This document shows positions 1 to 9,809 of a stretch of DNA of 64,000 bases, piece by piece. This DNA is from an uncultured delta proteobacterium (lineage in GTDB: Bacteria; Desulfobacterota; Desulfomonilia; UBA1062), in NCBI GenBank assembly GCA_963785235.1, contig CAWAUM010000001.1, positions 448,001 to 512,000 on the forward strand, written 5' to 3'. The position numbers and the translations under genes were made by a program. A model generated the notes under the pieces. The model had not been told where the DNA came from. It saw only the letters and a program-made list of their open reading frames with translations, and searched no databases. Every line of letters begins with the position of its first letter. Position 1 is the first letter of the stretch.

Positions 1-1
1 C

Positions 2-682
2 TATTTTTGCGATCATCGGATATCAGACCCAGAAAAGGGAGGTCTGAACTGGCTGACTATTGCCCAAGATCTGGCAAACTTATGCAAGGGGCTCGGACTT
101 GAGCGGCCTGCCATGGCAGGACACTCTATGGGCGCCACTATCATTACCATTGCCAATGCATGCTTCGGGGTCGATGCGCGAGGCCTAGTCCTTTTCGAAC
201 CCATATTCCTTCCAGATAATTTCTATGAGTCGCAGGTAACCATAGACCTCCACCCGCTCGCCTCAAAGGCCATACGCAGGAAAGACAAGTGGTCCGGCAA
301 GGACGAGGCGCATGCATATCTAAGATCAAAGGCCCTGTTCAAGAACTGGGATGAAGAGATGCTGGAACTATATATCGAATACGGCATGAAAAGACTCGAT
401 GCCGGAGGACTCCAGCTCACATGCTCGCCTATACGTGAAGCGTCACTCTTTATGGGTGGAATGCAGTATGATCCCTGGCCTGTGCTGCCTCAAATTTCAT
501 GTCCTACACTGGTTCTTGAAGGAGAAGAGAGTGAAAACCGCGCTTATATCGACTTGAAGAAGGTCACTTCACTTTTTAAACAGGGCACCTACAAGCTAGT
601 GAATGGAGCTGGTCACCTCATCCCACAGGAGAAACCCAGGGAGTCGCTCGAGATCATCAGGAGTTTCTTTAGTAACCGCTAA
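2..682 (+). CDS. alpha/beta-hydrolase fold protein, 5'-partial (frame open from window start)
   Basis: Nucleophile elbow GHSMG and C-terminal GAGHLIPQE. The frame reads open from nt 2 (YFCDHRISDPEKGG...). Confidence 0.85.
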   Translation, partial: YFCDHRISDPEKGGLNWLTIAQDLANLCKGLGLERPAMAGHSMGATIITIANACFGVDARGLVLFEPIFLPDNFYESQVTIDLHPLASKAIRRKDKWSGKDEAHAYLRSKALFKNWDEEMLELYIEYGMKRLDAGGLQLTCSPIREASLFMGGMQYDPWPVLPQISCPTLVLEGEESENRAYIDLKKVTSLFKQGTYKLVNGAGHLIPQEKPRESLEIIRSFFSNR

Positions 683-717
683 GAATGCAGGGTTGTAGCT
701 CCTATAGTAATAAACTG

Positions 718-2895
718 TTAACCGATAATAACGATTCCCAGATACCCATCAACGGTTAACAGGTCACCCGTTCGAATGAGGGTTGTTGCGTTCGGCACAC
801 CCGTTACGCAGGGAAGCCCGTATTCCCGGGCGATGATTGCGCCGTGAATCAGCATCCCGCCTCGGCGCTCGACGATTCCCGCACACAGCGGCACGACAAA
901 GGTCATGTTGGGCTCGACAGCATCGCAGACCAGTATTTCTCCTGCCTTGAAGTCAAAAAGGGAAGAGGCATCGAGAATCACCCTGGCCTTCCCCGTAGCA
1001 ATTCCCGGTCCTGCCGGCTGACCAACGATCTGTCGTGCCTTGACACCATCAAATTCCATGTTTTTCTCGGATGATGATCGGTCCTGCAGGGTGTGTGAGG
1101 GTTCGATCAGCACGTTGATCAACTCTTTTGTTTCGCCCGCGTCTGATTTTGACCCCTTTCGATTTGTCGTTCGACGCCTTCCCTCGTCCATCGCGTTCAT
1201 CACTTGCTTTTCAACTCTTCCCAGATAGATATTGTCGTCGTCTCTCATCTGGTAACTTGCACGTCCAAGATCGAGAATCTCCGACGCAAAGGTCTTCTGT
1301 TCGCCCTCAAAGTGCGAAAGAAACTCGGACATCAGGGCTTCGGGGTCCCGGGCACTCTCCTTTTTCTCCGCAGGGCGATGGGAAGCCATTTCGAGAAGAA
1401 GCCTTATGATACCCTCCTTCCCCTGGGAGCAGTAGTTCCCTTCCTCTACCGAACAAGACAGGTCTCCGAATGTTTCGATGAAGGTGTCGAGCACGTGACT
1501 GAACGTTTCGTCTGCGGACCCTTCTGAATTTCTTAAATACTCAGCGAGAGAGATGTTTCCTTGTATCATTGAGGCCATCTCATCCAGCATGCGGTTCCGC
1601 TCGAGGCTTGCCAGCCGTTTGTTTCCCAGAAGGTCCATGAACTCGTAAGGGTCCTGTGGCCTTACGGCGTCGTTATAAAATTGCCCGAACAGTCGCATCC
1701 CATGAGCAAACGGGATGAAGTCATTATTGTAGGTTTCCACCCAGCGATCGTAAATCTCTTTTCTCCGCCTGATCTCCTCGGCCAGATGATGACCCGAGAG
1801 CTCAGTCAGATCGAGACGTGAGAGATCGGCTGCATCTTCGATCATGGATGGAATCAGTTCCCCTTCAATTTTTCTGCGGAGTGTCTTGAGACTCTCAAAG
1901 CTTCTTCGGAGACTGAGATACCAAGGCCTTTTGTCTTCGCCTCGCTGAGAAGAAATCGTTGTGATAGGGCGGGATTGAAGGATGTAAAGACTATTTCCAC
2001 GAAACGTCCACTCAACGTCTTGCGGCGCTGCAAAAAGACTTTCAGTCTTCTTAGCCAGGTTGAAAACATCATGTACTTCCTCATCGCCCAACGGAGGTTC
2101 CTTCGATAATCTCTCAGGAAGGGGTTCGAGTCGAATTCCCAAGTCCGAGGGAAGTACCCGCTTCTCCCGGATCACCGGAGTCCGGGAAAGAATCTTTCCT
2201 GTTTTGCGGTCAAGAATCCACCGGTCAGGCTCAACCGTTCCGTCCACCATGCCGGCGTTCAGCCCGTAGACAGCCTCAATGACTGCCTGGGATTCGTTGT
2301 TCGGATTCTTTCCAAAGGCAACGCCCGATTTTTCCCCAGTGACAATTTCCTGCACCAGGACAGCCATTGTAGAGTTTTCGAAATCCAGCCCCAATTCCTG
2401 TCGGTAAAGAAGTGCTCCGTCTGACCAGAGGGATGCCCAGACCAATCGGATATGGTCCAGGATGGACTCTGCCCCTTTTACGTTCACGTAGGAGTCATGG
2501 AGGCCTGCAAAAGATGTGTGGGATGAATCTTCTCCTGGTGCAGAAGATCTCACCACCACCGGTTTGTCCTTGAACTTCTCGTCAATGGCTGCCCGCAGGG
2601 AGGAGAGAAGATCAGCAGGGAGAGAGGCATTGAGAAACATGTTTCGAATCCGCAGTGAAGTGTCCCACATCTCCTCCCAGCGCATCTCCTGGAAGTTTTT
2701 GCGATTCAATTCCAGCAGGATTCGCTCTCTCAAACCCTCCAAGGCTATGAACTGGTTATACGCCTCGGCCTTCACGCACAAGGCGTCAGGGACGTTCAAT
2801 CCCATCCGGATCATGGTCGCCAGAGAGGAGGCTTTCCCTCCTACCTGATCCCGATCCTCAGCTCGTATTTCATTCAGCGGAATAATCAGGTTCAT
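718..2895 (-). CDS. PEP-synthase/PPDK-like dikinase (ATP-grasp, helical middle domain, swivelling phospho-His domain), rifampin-phosphotransferase-like architecture
   Basis: VGGKA, VVVRSSAPGED, SFAG, QDVEW, LQSRPIT and C-terminal GGMLIHGAIIAREYGLPCV. No pyruvate-binding TIM barrel. Confidence 0.85.
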   Translation of the reverse strand: MNLIIPLNEIRAEDRDQVGGKASSLATMIRMGLNVPDALCVKAEAYNQFIALEGLRERILLELNRKNFQEMRWEEMWDTSLRIRNMFLNASLPADLLSSLRAAIDEKFKDKPVVVRSSAPGEDSSHTSFAGLHDSYVNVKGAESILDHIRLVWASLWSDGALLYRQELGLDFENSTMAVLVQEIVTGEKSGVAFGKNPNNESQAVIEAVYGLNAGMVDGTVEPDRWILDRKTGKILSRTPVIREKRVLPSDLGIRLEPLPERLSKEPPLGDEEVHDVFNLAKKTESLFAAPQDVEWTFRGNSLYILQSRPITTISSQRGEDKRPWYLSLRRSFESLKTLRRKIEGELIPSMIEDAADLSRLDLTELSGHHLAEEIRRRKEIYDRWVETYNNDFIPFAHGMRLFGQFYNDAVRPQDPYEFMDLLGNKRLASLERNRMLDEMASMIQGNISLAEYLRNSEGSADETFSHVLDTFIETFGDLSCSVEEGNYCSQGKEGIIRLLLEMASHRPAEKKESARDPEALMSEFLSHFEGEQKTFASEILDLGRASYQMRDDDNIYLGRVEKQVMNAMDEGRRRTTNRKGSKSDAGETKELINVLIEPSHTLQDRSSSEKNMEFDGVKARQIVGQPAGPGIATGKARVILDASSLFDFKAGEILVCDAVEPNMTFVVPLCAGIVERRGGMLIHGAIIAREYGLPCVTGVPNATTLIRTGDLLTVDGYLGIVIIG

Positions 2896-3344
2896 TGCTT
2901 GATGTGAAGCTCCATAACGTTCTGAAAATTGTTCACGATGTAGTAAGTATCCACGTCTACCTTGAGCAGGGCACAGGTAGGCGATGTAACAAACTCCTTG
3001 AGATACGGATGCCTAGAGAGATAGAGTTTCAGGAGAAGATCTTTTTCTGAGGCTCCGGCCTCTTTTACTGACCCAGTGGCCGTTACGGCAATGGCCCGAT
3101 GAAAATCCGTTTCCTGGTTGGCTCGGTTATCCATCACGAGTGCGACCATGGGATTAAGGGTCAGATTATCAAACTTGCGAGTATCGCGCGTGGTGGCGAA
3201 GAGCAGGTACTTGAGATCATCGGTTGCGGCGAAAGCCACTAAGCTGCCATACGTCTTTCCACTGCCATACGTCGCCAGGACGGCCAAAGACTGAGACGAG
3301 AATAAATCTTTAAGAAGCGTTTTAAGCTGGGTTGTATTTTTCAA
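2892..3344 (-). CDS. pyridoxamine 5'-phosphate oxidase-like split-barrel flavoprotein
   Basis: LAVLAT...YGSLVAF...FATTRDTRKFDNL..NPMVALV pattern. ATGA overlap with the dikinase gene. Confidence 0.8.
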   Translation of the reverse strand: MKNTTQLKTLLKDLFSSQSLAVLATYGSGKTYGSLVAFAATDDLKYLLFATTRDTRKFDNLTLNPMVALVMDNRANQETDFHRAIAVTATGSVKEAGASEKDLLLKLYLSRHPYLKEFVTSPTCALLKVDVDTYYIVNNFQNVMELHIKQ

Positions 3345-3370
3345 GGGTCCCTCTCCGTGGTGGTATCTTC

Positions 3371-4279
3371 TTACTGAGCGACAATGCTCTGCAGAGCCTT
3401 GTCAATCTCAGGATATTGGAATACAAAACCGCTGTCAAGCAACCGACGTGGAATGACTCGCTGTCCTCCGAGAAGGACTGACCCAAATTCTCCCAGCACC
3501 AACTTGATCATGAACCCGGGGGCTGGCATGAAAGAAGGCCGGTGAAGGGCTTTTCCCAGGGCCTTTGCCAGATCCTTGTTTCGTTCGGGTCCTGGAGCGC
3601 AGAGATTCACCGGTCCTGAAATCTCCGGATGTTTCATCAGGAAAACGAAAACTTCGGCAAGATCTTTGATGTGGATCCAGGAGAACCACTGGAGGCCGCT
3701 CCCGATAGGGCCACCAATAAACATCTTGAAGAGGGGTATCATCTGGCCGAGCGCCCCTCCATTTTTTCCCAGGACGATACCGAACCGGATTGTAACGACC
3801 CGTGCGCCATATTTTTCTGCTTTGAATGCTTCGGTTTCCCAATCATGGGCAAGCCTAGCAAGGAAATCGTTGCCAGAGGGCGAATCCTCAGTGAGCTCTT
3901 CGTCCTCATGCAAACCGTAGTAGCCTGTGCCAGAGGCGCTGAAGAGCCCGATCTGTTTGTCTGAACCAGCAGAGATTCCCTCCACAAGATTCCTCGTGGT
4001 GCTGATCCGGCTTTCTATGAGCAGCCTTTTATAAGCTTCGGTCCACCTGCTGAAGACGGAGGCACCAGCAAGATTGATGATGATGTCGTGATCCCTGATC
4101 GAATCCTGCCATGGCCCTTTTTGAGTGCAGTCCCCCTGTAGATAGGAGATGCCGGGGCAGCGCGCCTTCAATCCTTCATCAGATCTGGCAAGGATGGTGA
4201 CCTCATTTCCAAACTGGATTAAATGTGCGCAGAGGTAGGTGCCAATAAATCCGGTACCTCCTGTGACTAAAATTTTCAT
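3371..4279 (-). CDS. TIGR01777 family NAD-dependent epimerase (YfcH/SDR39U1-like)
   Basis: ILVTGGTGFIG, INLAGA, SRI, GYYG, DFLA..WE, GSGLQWFSWIH, GPVN. Confidence 0.9.
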   Translation of the reverse strand: MKILVTGGTGFIGTYLCAHLIQFGNEVTILARSDEGLKARCPGISYLQGDCTQKGPWQDSIRDHDIIINLAGASVFSRWTEAYKRLLIESRISTTRNLVEGISAGSDKQIGLFSASGTGYYGLHEDEELTEDSPSGNDFLARLAHDWETEAFKAEKYGARVVTIRFGIVLGKNGGALGQMIPLFKMFIGGPIGSGLQWFSWIHIKDLAEVFVFLMKHPEISGPVNLCAPGPERNKDLAKALGKALHRPSFMPAPGFMIKLVLGEFGSVLLGGQRVIPRRLLDSGFVFQYPEIDKALQSIVAQ

Positions 4280-4340
4280 CGTTACCCCTCCTGTTTTTCT
4301 ATGAAGAAAAGACTCATTACCAGTTTGAATTCCAGGATGT

Positions 4341-5696
4341 TTATGGCTTTAATCGGCTCATCAACCTCACGTATTCGTCGGCATCAAACTTCCGCTTGAG
4401 ACCTCCTTCGTTCATGTACCGGACATTCCCGAAGATCTCCCTTTCTTTCCATGGGCGGTCGTGTTTTCCGAAGCACCATGCCACGCCGGTGAATCCGCTC
4501 GGGTCTCTTCCATCCAGCTCGTATTTGTTGTTCAGGTAAAGGGCTGCCCGGAAGGCCTCATCGGGTGTCTTGCTCCATTCCAGAATTTTTTTGCCCCAGT
4601 ACATTCTCATATACCCGTGCATCTTCCCGGTAAAAACCATCTCCTTCTGGGCTGCATTCCAGTAGGGATCATGGGTTTTACCCGTTTCCAGTTCTTCAAG
4701 GGCATAAAGATAGGGTCGCTTGTCTTTCTGATGGGCCTTCAAGGTTTTTTGTGCCCATTGGGGGATTGCCCCTTCAAAAGAATCGTATTGCCCATTATAG
4801 AAAACGAAATTCATGCTTAGTTCCCTTCGGACGATGAGCTCTTCGAGATAGGCTTCTTTGCTCAGGCCCTGTGTCTGTGATACGGTTAGCGCAATGGACA
4901 GCGGTGAGATCTGGCCAAAGTGTAGGTATGGGCTCATGTGTGAAAGGAAGTCGACCGTGGGGTCATTTCTCATTTCCGGGAAACGATCCAGCTTGTCTCT
5001 CAAGAAGAGCCGAAGATGTTTTTTGGCTTCCCCGGCGCCGCCACGATAGCAAGAAACCTTCTTCACGCTCCGGTCAATATGAAGTCTGGAAACTGCTTCT
5101 TCCACATCGTCGATGTCAAAGGAATCAAAATCCAGAGACAGGGAATCCATGTCGGGATCAACCTCCTTGAGCGGACAAAGGAAATGATCCAGCTTCTTGT
5201 GAATCTTCGACCTGATGGTGGCTGCAGTGTATTCCTCTTTCGGAGAGGTCTCTTCAATGGGAACGATAACGTCACTTTCGACTTGAACCAGAGGGCAATC
5301 CATTCGGCCGGCTGCGTATTCTCTCCACGCTCTCTGGATTTTCAGGTACCCGCGGTCTACAACAACGAAAGACGCTCCTTTCGCGAACTGAACCACTCCT
5401 TGTTCAGGGGACGCGTGTTGGATCACAATCTGGATGCCTCTTTTCTCAAGAGAGAGTCTTACTTCCCTGAGGCCTTCGAGCATGAAGGTGTAATGCCTCT
5501 GAGAGCCCTGCGGGAAGTGATCGGTAATACCGAAAAAGACAACAAGGGGCTGGTGCAATTCATTGGCCTTAAGCACGGCATACTCAAGGGCATGGTTATA
5601 ATCCGTCCTTTGAGAGGCCTGCATCCAGTAGAGAACGTATCTTCCCTTTTTCGTCTCCTTGGCATTCAGGGCTTGGATTCGTTCTTTTTGAATCAT
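4341..5696 (-). CDS. phrB: class II CPD DNA photolyase
   Basis: VLYWMQ, SPYLHFGQIS, YLEELIVRREL, THDPYWNAAQ, GKMHGYMRMYWGKKILEW, YELDGRDP, DRPW. Confidence 0.93.
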   Translation of the reverse strand: MIQKERIQALNAKETKKGRYVLYWMQASQRTDYNHALEYAVLKANELHQPLVVFFGITDHFPQGSQRHYTFMLEGLREVRLSLEKRGIQIVIQHASPEQGVVQFAKGASFVVVDRGYLKIQRAWREYAAGRMDCPLVQVESDVIVPIEETSPKEEYTAATIRSKIHKKLDHFLCPLKEVDPDMDSLSLDFDSFDIDDVEEAVSRLHIDRSVKKVSCYRGGAGEAKKHLRLFLRDKLDRFPEMRNDPTVDFLSHMSPYLHFGQISPLSIALTVSQTQGLSKEAYLEELIVRRELSMNFVFYNGQYDSFEGAIPQWAQKTLKAHQKDKRPYLYALEELETGKTHDPYWNAAQKEMVFTGKMHGYMRMYWGKKILEWSKTPDEAFRAALYLNNKYELDGRDPSGFTGVAWCFGKHDRPWKEREIFGNVRYMNEGGLKRKFDADEYVRLMSRLKP

Positions 5697-5726
5697 GGTC
5701 GCCTCTTTTCTTTAAGTGTTGGTGAA

Positions 5727-5783
5727 CCCCAATGAAAAGATCGCCGGACTGCGTAAGCGGGTCCGTTGAATTATTTGTTTATT
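5727..5783 (-). repeat. imperfect palindrome resembling a degenerate integron attC site
   Basis: Minus strand directly after a stop codon: TAAAC-AAATA-ATTCAACGGAC-CCGCTTACGCA-GTCCGGCGAT-CTTTTC-ATTGGGG. It has AAC...(G>A)TT ends and a CGGAC/GTCCG stem. Confidence 0.3.
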
Positions 5784-7202
5784 TTATCAAATCTCTTGCT
5801 GCATAATAGCCGCAAAGGCCGTGAACACCGCCACCGGGTGGCGTCGATGAAGAGCAGATAAATATATTGTGCTGAGATGTCCTGTAGGGATTGAGGGATA
5901 CCACCGGACGGGTATAGAGCTGAAAGATATCCTGCACTCCGCCGTTAATATCTCCCCCGACATAATTGGGGTTGTACTGTTCCATCATTGTCGCCGACAT
6001 GGTGTTTCTTGCCAGGATGACCTCTCGAAACCCCGGGGCATAGCGTTCAATCTTTTTTTCTATACTATCGGCCATATCCGCTTTTGAACCATGGGGAACA
6101 TGGCAATACCCCCAGGCCGTGTGCCTGCCTTCAGGGCTCCGTGAAGGATCGAAGAGGCTCTGTTGTGCGAGCATCACATAGGGCGTCTTGCGATATTTCG
6201 CCCTTGTTTACGCAACAGACCGAAGCGGCTATCTCCTCATACGAATTGCCCAGGTGAACAGTCCCTGCCTTTCTACATATACCGGCCTTCCAGGGGATCG
6301 GTTCTTTCAGTGCCCAGTCCATTTTATAAACGCCTGGTCCGTAACGGAATCCGGCAAGTCTTTGCCGGTAATTTTCGGAAAGACCAAGGCCTTTCATATC
6401 CAACAACTGCCGGGGCGTGACGTCAAAAAAATAATAGGTTGCCCGCGGCATATCCTCCAAAGAACTGACCGGTTTGCCCGTTACGATTTCGCCTCCCCGG
6501 TCAATGAAAGCAACGGGACAGGGCATCGGCCAGATTCTGCGAGCCGCCTTGTACAAACGGCCACCCTACAGCATGGGCTAATGTCGCAAGTACAATGCCG
6601 AAGGCCGCCGTTGCGGGTTTGTGAAGGGGAATCATGGCATGGGCTGCAAGCCCGGCAAATAACGCTCGCGTCTGATGGTTGTGGAATTTTTTTTCTCCAA
6701 GACCTTTTGCGGAATAAAGTGCCTTTGATGCAAATCTGGCCATGAGAAAGGGATCAAAAGGAAAGGGAATCGGTCTTAATATGCCGGATAACAATCTTTC
6801 ATAGCCCTTTACAAAAGGCGTAAGAAGATCTTTGTATGCCGTGGCGTCGCGACCCAAAGCATCGGCTGTTATATCCAGGGACCGGTGGAGAAAAACAGCA
6901 GATCCATCCTCAAACGGGTGGGCAAGCGGTATTTCCGGATTGACCCAGGAAAGGCCATATTGATGAAGTTCAAGTGGTCTGAAGAAAGATGAGGAGGCCG
7001 CAAGAGGATGAGCGGTGGAACAGATGTCGTGAACAAAACCAGGTAGAGTTAATTCTGCGGATCGGCACCCCCCCCCGATGGTTTCTTTCGCTTCCAGCAG
7101 AATCACGGATGGAAATTTTCTGCTGAGGGTAATCGCAGCAGCCAGGCCGTTGGGACCACTGCCCACGACGACAGCATCATAATGTTGTTTCTTAGGCGTC
7201 AA
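5779..7202 (-). CDS. NAD(P)/FAD-dependent oxidoreductase, phytoene dehydrogenase-like family (3 ORF pieces, apparent sequencing frameshifts)
   Basis: AVVVGSGPNGLAAA, LPGFVHDICS, GWPFVQGGSQ, AGTVHLG, FDPSRSPEG, NPNYVGGDINGG, STPPGGGVHGLCGYYAA across ORFs 6501-7202, 6131-6556 and 5779-6177. Confidence 0.85.
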
Positions 7203-8332
7203 TGTTTTTGACCATCATTCATATTTTTCCGGGAAGAGAGAATTCTTCTCAGCAGATACAGCGGCATATAGAAAGAAGAGCGGATGGCACCGCAATACCA
7301 GACATTTCCCATCTCGCCCCACCGAAGACGGCTGTCGATCAGGACATTTTGCTGTTCGATCCTGCCTTCAACGCCCAGGCGTGAGGCAAGATTACCCAGC
7401 GTCTGATGCCAGAATTGATCCTCCTGCCGCGCCGCACCCAATCGAAAACCAAGTTCCATAACGGGATCGGCTGCTCTGAAGAGGGGATGCACCTGGATGA
7501 TGGTTTTATGATCCTGGCGAAAACTGCTGAAGGTTATCCAGCCACAAAGCATGTGACCCTGTACCGTCGAAAAACAAAAGGAGTCGTCATCGGCGTATAT
7601 AACCTGGATGCCTGTTGCCAGCACAAGCATGCCCCCGATGCTGAGATTCAAAAGCGCCGTCGCACCAGGGACTATGGGAGCGCCGCCGGAGGTGAACAGA
7701 TGGTTGCCTTTCGGCCAGAAATGGGGAAACTCGGACCGCCAGAGAGATACGATCTTTTGCGGCTCCATATCTGTGTTGTCGATCTGAAAGCGGTATTTCT
7801 TATCCCAAAGGCGACCGAATCCATTGACAGGGCTGGTAACTTTTCTGCCGTTTACGTTTATATTCATTGCCTCTGCAGGTACATCACCTATGGATATATG
7901 CTCAACATTTCCCGCCCAGCCAGGGACAAGGGGTCCCTTGTACACTTGGAACGCACCTGAGGCGGTTTGAACCCTTGTTGGGAAAGGCCGTTGGCGCAAC
8001 GCTTCATGTTCGTCTTCAAACAACGCTATGGCCTTATCAAGGCATGTCAGACGAAAGACATCCCGGAAAGGGTCTGCGAGATTGCTGGCCGCCAGCCCGA
8101 TCTTCTTTTGCGCAAGTCTGGTTGCATAAACGAGCAGAAGGCTTGCCCCTTCAGAATCCAGGTGGGTAAGATTGGCAAAATTCAAAAGAATGTTTTTATT
8201 TTTTCTCATTCCCTCATCATATAATCGAGACAAGGTATTTTCCCAGGTTCCATTGAGTGGTCCCTGTATATCCAAAATCAAAGTCTCCCCATCGGCAATC
8301 CTTGGTCTAATGGTACCTTTGTCTTCAGACAT
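7199..8332 (-). CDS. STAS (anti-sigma antagonist) domain fused to a DUF1990-like domain
   Basis: N-terminal ILLNFANLTHLDSEG...FRLTCLDKAIALFEDEHEAL (STAS). C-terminal VIYADDDSFCFSTVQGH..GWITFS resembles DUF1990-type proteins. Confidence 0.65.
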   Translation of the reverse strand: MSEDKGTIRPRIADGETLILDIQGPLNGTWENTLSRLYDEGMRKNKNILLNFANLTHLDSEGASLLLVYATRLAQKKIGLAASNLADPFRDVFRLTCLDKAIALFEDEHEALRQRPFPTRVQTASGAFQVYKGPLVPGWAGNVEHISIGDVPAEAMNINVNGRKVTSPVNGFGRLWDKKYRFQIDNTDMEPQKIVSLWRSEFPHFWPKGNHLFTSGGAPIVPGATALLNLSIGGMLVLATGIQVIYADDDSFCFSTVQGHMLCGWITFSSFRQDHKTIIQVHPLFRAADPVMELGFRLGAARQEDQFWHQTLGNLASRLGVEGRIEQQNVLIDSRLRWGEMGNVWYCGAIRSSFYMPLYLLRRILSSRKNMNDGQKH

Positions 8333-8742
8333 GGGATCTTCCTTTCCTCTTGCAATATTGTGTCAATCAAATGGTCTTGATATTCTATCACATCATGCAG
8401 GAGAATGCTTCCGTTCTCTCTTTATCTAATACCGTTGATCTCTTCGATATTGCTGGCCCCAATCTCAGATTATGAACCATTGATTACTGCAATAGATCAA
8501 GGTTTTGAGATGGCTGGAAACTGAATATCTTGTGTTGAACCCTATGCAGATAACCCCTCCACATCAAAGCGTGAAGACTGGCACATGAATCTATGGTGTA
8601 AGGCATTTAACAGCTTATTGCTTTACACCCAATATCTGGATATACTGCTATGGTTCATCAGATAGTGGGATATGCTTACAGAAGTGCTGTATATTTAGGA
8701 TGAATACCTGGAAGAATAAATAAATTTGTAAGGGAGTTTATA

Positions 8743-8928
8743 ATGGGAGATCTTAAAAAGGGCGATGTGGTTAAATTAAAGAGTGGAAGTCCTGCAATGA
8801 CGGTTGAAGATGTTACTTCCGATGGTACGCTAAGTTGTGTTTGGTATGATAATGACAAGAAGGAAATCATGGGTAGAAAGTTCTCGTATGAATGTCTTGA
8901 TCTTGCCACCCCCGTTAAGCCTGAATAA
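8743..8928 (+). CDS. YodC/DUF2158 family small protein
   Basis: KKGDVVKLKSGSPAMTV...CVWYD signature, with RBS AGGGAG upstream. Confidence 0.85.
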   Translation: MGDLKKGDVVKLKSGSPAMTVEDVTSDGTLSCVWYDNDKKEIMGRKFSYECLDLATPVKPE

Positions 8929-8992
8929 ATCAAAGCCTCTTCGATTGAATCATCATGAAAGAAAGGACCAGTGAAGAGCAGGGAGTATTTGA

Positions 8993-9721
8993 TCATCTAT
9001 TATAGCCATAAGCTGCCCATCCGGAAATATCGTCATTCCAGCCGTCCATTTCGATACCGTTGTCTTCGGCCAGCTTTTTACGGAAGGCAACCTTTTCCTC
9101 ATCCAGTAGCGGCCGGTCCATTCTGAAAACCAGGGCAACCGACGATTTACCACACTGCGCATAATAACCGTACTCTCGGGTGAACCGGTCGAAATATACA
9201 ATTACCTGGGGTTGGGAAGGATCGCTGCTGCCGGTGGCCATGTGGCCGTAGAAGGGTCGATGAGGGATATTGAACAGCTCGAAGGAGTTCTTGTTCAGAC
9301 CTGTTGCAACGATGGTTCCTGCCGGGAGTTCCGATATCTCCTTCATGGAGAGTTTCCTGCCCAGGATCACCTCTACACCTTTCTCCAACGCCTGCCTGTA
9401 GAGGACATTCTCCAGAGAGAGCTCTCCCTTTCCCCTCTCCATGGTGTAGGCCTCCGTCAGGTGAGGCAGGGCAAACTCAAATCTCTTTCCATAAGCCAAA
9501 ATCCGGGTGGATTTCCAGGGCTCGAGCGCTTCGCGGATGCTGATCCCAAGCTCCCTTTCCAGCACCGCCGGATACATGAGGGTGGCATCAGCAAAGGATA
9601 TATCTCCCCCGATAGTGTTCTTCGCCTCGTAAATTCTTACCTTGAAGCCCTGGCCGGCAAGGTTTATGCCCGCGACCAGTCCCGCCAATCCTGCCCCTAC
9701 AATATCTATCTCCCTTGACAT
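8993..9721 (-). pseudogene. FAD-dependent oxidoreductase (geranylgeranyl reductase-like), apparently C-terminally truncated
   Basis: IVGAGLAGL...VRIYE, IVATG. Ends at 242 aa without the C-terminal GD/DP..G-type FAD motif, and no continuation was found in other frames. Confidence 0.55.
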
Positions 9722-9809
9722 AACCTCTTCCTTTCATACCACCTTGTAACTCGCAACTCGCTGAATCCGGATTTATTCCGGGTATGAAGCCGCCTGGAGG
9801 GCGGAATTG

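Noticed and set aside
7068-7076. C9 homopolymer as a phase-variation tract
   Set aside because: It encodes the conserved in-frame GGG of the IGGG motif, with no evidence of switching.
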